Below are positions 60,731 to 64,000 of a stretch of 64,000 nucleotides of DNA, in pieces. Under the pieces are notes generated by a model. It did not search any database, was not told the DNA's origin, and was given only the letters and a program-made list of their open reading frames with translations. The stretch is taken from contig NW_003526943.1 in NCBI RefSeq assembly GCF_000181795.1, positions 5,759,806 through 5,823,805 of the forward strand, written 5' to 3'. Position 1 is the stretch's first letter. Every line of letters starts with the position of its first letter. A program made the translations under genes and the position numbers. Source of the DNA: Trichinella spiralis. Taxonomy: Eukaryota.

Positions 60731-62618
60731 TCAATCTTCGCTCATTGGTTCGATTTTGACTTCCTTCGATTCCGCTGGTTCGGTTTTGGCTTCTTTCCAT
60801 TCCATTGGTTCGGTTTTGACTTCGACTTCTTTCAAATCAATTAATTCGGTTGTGACTTCGACTTCTTTCGGTTCCATTAATTCGGTTTTGACTTTTTTCC
60901 GATTCTCATTTTTTGCATTTTCTCGAGCTTTGGCCTTCATCTTGTCATACTTTTTAATACGAAGTTTCACCTCACTTGATATACTGTCATCCGATTTAAA
61001 AAAGGTGAAAAACACTCCACCCGGTGTTCGTCGCTGCGTGTTGTCCTTCGTTGGAAGGCCACCAACCATTTCCACATCTACTACTCGATTGTACAGTTCC
61101 ATCGCTTTCTTGTTGCCAATTGCCCCCACTATCGCGTTCAAGTACGCAGACTTACGCTCTCCCAAAGCTGCTGCCAATCGTTTAGAAAAATTCCAGGCTG
61201 TTTCCTTAAATCAATCCCAAATCAAGATATTTGAATTGTTTAAAAAATGAACATAAATTTAATTCAAAAATTCATTTAAGGCAAAAAAAATTCATAACAC
61301 TAATAGAGAATTATAACAAAAACTTATTTGTGCAATTGCGAATATACAACAAAAAATATAATTACACTAGCTGCATTCAGCATCATAACAATTTAAAAAA
61401 TGACGATAACAACTTTGAAAACAGGTTTAACAAAATACGATTAAAATCTACAACAAATCTATCATATTTATGAAATAGAAATATTGAGAATATTCATAAT
61501 AATAAATACAATTTTTTCGGATGAAATTTCTACCTTTAATGACCTTTACTTACATATAATAATTATAAATAACTAATTTCATTCTATTTCAGTTGGCAAC
61601 CTGCTTTAAACTTGAAAATCAATTAACGTAGGTATACTCTCTGTAGTACTGTATCTGCTCCATTTGATTGATTTGAAAACGAGAAGCCGGAATTATTTAC
61701 CTCATGTGCAGTGTTACATTAAAAATAAAAAATCTACAGGATTTTATTTAAAAAATTCTAAGAATAATCTTAAATGCCTGAGAAAATATGAAAAAATGTA
61801 TAACAATCAAAAATCAAAATAGGTTAAAGAATGTGCTTTAAATTCTTTCCCTGCAATAAAGTATTCAAAGGTGAAATATGTAAAATTAAAAATTTTCAAA
61901 TAAATGCAAAGGTTTATGAAATTTAAAGAAAAATATAGCTTATTTTACAAAAAATTATTTTAACCGAATATCGACATCTAGTTCAAATTAATACTTTATT
62001 TATCGTTAAGAAATTTTTTCAAATTTATCGTTTTTCAAATCAAATCAAATCGCAAACTTATCGTCAAGAAAATATAAATAATAATAATAATAATAACTAA
62101 CCTTTGCCTTCAATTTCAAATTTGGCAATGCACGAGGAACACCAAAACCAACATTTTCATAAGGAAAAAAAGTCCATTTTGATGTAACTAAATATTTTCA
62201 AAATAAATAAATAAAAGTTGAATATGTATTTTTAAAAGTTAATCATAAAAAAATTAGATTAGATAATTCAAAACAGATGTAAAATTAAAAATGCACCTTC
62301 AGATTCATCTGGCTCTTCATTCGTCTTCTTCTTTTCAGGAACAGGGTAACTTTCGACTCCTCTCTCAATTACTTCACCTGAGACAATAGACGAAAGCCCT
62401 TCACACAACTGGCGCTCCACTACAAGCTTTCTCCACCCATCATAAACATCACCGCGCGTTGCTGAGCCTTGATCGTTGGTCTCCAGTTGTTCAAACGTAT
62501 CACTACACTCACTACTTGGTGTAAATGAGCGCCCGTCATCCGAGTCGGAACTGTCTTCCGAGTTCGACAGAAGACGAATTTCGCATAAATTTTTATGCGC
62601 AACGTCACGTTCGCTCAT
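60731..62618 (-). CDS. PHAX: Phosphorylated adaptor for RNA export (PHAX), multi-exon; internal exons uncertain
   Basis: Acidic SEDSSDSDD, W..LV.E..L motif, ERGVESY, RNA-binding domain LAAALGE...IVGAIG...VEMVGGLPTKDNTQRRTPGGVFFTFFK. Confidence 0.88.
60740..60895 (-). repeat. Coding tandem repeat (30-36 bp units) in the PHAX C-terminus
   Basis: VKTELMEPKE / VEVTTELIDLKE / VEVKTEPMEWKE / AKTEPAESKE / VKIEP; DNA unit TTCGGTTTTGACTTC recurs. Confidence 0.8.
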
Positions 62619-63623
62619 CTGAAACAAAATTTTACAAAACAATCGCAAATTAATAAAAACAGCGCGACCACGTCAAATTCTTCTATTTTTTTCGAAAAAC
62701 CAATGCTGATAATACATTATTTACAAAATTACAAAACTTTAACGGACTTATAAAACCGTATTTATAACCATTTTCAATGCAGAATAGAATTATCAAATAA
62801 AGTACAAGAGATGAAGCAAAACTGTACGATTTCAATAAAACCGAAACCAAGCATTAGCAACGTACTCAAGGAGAACATTGAAAAGTATCAGCATTGTAAA
62901 GGTTACATTTACAACAAATGGAAAATAAGTTACATGCGCGAGACACGAAAATAATGTAAGAACAAAGTAAAACGTCGATCACGATGGAAATCCCCGAAAA
63001 AAATACTCAGCTACAGTCATTTGTGATTTGTAGGTTAGTGTATACGTTACTGTAAATTCTTAGTGGATGTAAATATAATACACTTTTTTATGTATTTTAA
63101 GTTAATAATTATCATTTAATGATTTTTTAGCTGTCTGTCGCCTGTTTTGGCATACAATTTTGATTAATTGATAGCTAATGGTTAAAAACTGAGAATGCGG
63201 TAGAAGATTTTTTTGAAATGTTTTTGATTTATTTTTAAATGTTGGAAAAAAAATTTTTTATCAGAGATATTCCGGCAGAAATTATTTATCTTACATTTAT
63301 TAGCATGTAGAGCAGTAGTTAAAATGAAAAGCAAACTTTTCAGGAAATATAGTGAAGTGGAAAGGAGTAAAATTTCTTCAATTGCTAGCGATGCTTCATT
63401 TTTTTCCATTTTAATTCTTGCGTATATTTCGCAGGCCACAAGTTCAATTAAGTTGAAACACGTGTGAAAAAAACATCATTTATAAAAATAATTTATTGCA
63501 ATGACATAATGAATGAGAGAAAAAATAATAAATTTCAAATATTAGAGAAATATTTTACATTAGAAATTATTATGATATGAATTGGCAAATCATATCATAT
63601 TTAAAATCTGTTTCTTAATACCA

Positions 63624-64000
63624 TCATTTAATTTGTTTGGGTTTGTCGTAAATGATCAATTCATTTTCTATGTTCAGTTCTTTACTTTTTCCAACAGAGG
63701 CAAATTCCATTTCATTCTTGTCGATTTTTTCACTTTTTTTCACTTCAACTTTCCCTGAAATCAACGATTCGGCTTGGATCGCCGTCTGCGAAATCTTAGC
63801 AGCGTTCATGTCAACCTCTTGCAAAGCGGTAATTTCCATATTGTCGACTGGTGGATTCTGCACCGCTGGCGTTGGTGGAACTGTATTTAATGTTTTCATA
63901 ATGGCGCATTTCAAATTTAGCTGGGCAACTTCGACAAAACTGGGGTCGTTAGTGCTTACATTGGACGACTTTTGAATCTCATTTACGCTTTTCGAGATTT
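63624..64000 (-). CDS. 3' end of an unidentified protein-coding gene (frame open to the window edge)
   Basis: Stop-free frame from the right edge (ISKSVNEIQKSS...VPPTPAVQNPP...YDKPKQIK*) with coding-like composition; no recognisable domain. Confidence 0.55.
   Translation of the reverse strand, partial: ISKSVNEIQKSSNVSTNDPSFVEVAQLNLKCAIMKTLNTVPPTPAVQNPPVDNMEITALQEVDMNAAKISQTAIQAESLISGKVEVKKSEKIDKNEMEFASVGKSKELNIENELIIYDKPKQIK

Noticed and set aside
60705..61250. 181-aa plus-strand ORF with Ser/Thr repeats
   Set aside because: Antisense to the last PHAX exon and its repeat.
63182..63439. 85-aa minus-strand ORF between the partial gene and PHAX
   Set aside because: GTG start, AT-rich low-information sequence; more likely 3' UTR or intergenic.

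Overview
AT-rich, gene-dense eukaryotic genomic DNA with many short (~50-70 nt) GT-AG introns. It is most consistent with a nematode, probably Trichinella or a related clade I worm (inferred from gene architecture and transposon content, not proven). The ORF track fragments most genes, so models were rebuilt by hand across splice sites and their boundaries are approximate. In order: glycyl-tRNA synthetase (5' part), tRNA-Asp(GTC), eEF1B-delta, CYFIP/Sra-1, dynactin p50, RFC5, a flavin monooxygenase, a DNA-transposon cluster at 19.8-25.1 kb, ZNF622/Rei1, DMAC2-like, a divergent PDI, an AKAP7-like 2H phosphoesterase, two tandem cathepsin B-like genes, a Tigger relic, a REC8-like kleisin almost invisible in the ORF track, NSUN6-like, a class A GPCR, PRP40, PHAX and a partial unknown CDS. 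The transposon cluster holds a MITE-like inverted repeat, a decayed Buster-type hAT, and a full-length Ginger2 element with TIRs and TSD that carries a piggyBac transposase fragment on its opposite strand. Most notable: the chimeric Ginger2/piggyBac element, three probable trans-spliced operons (including PHAX-PRP40), and several proteins with altered catalytic or signalling motifs.
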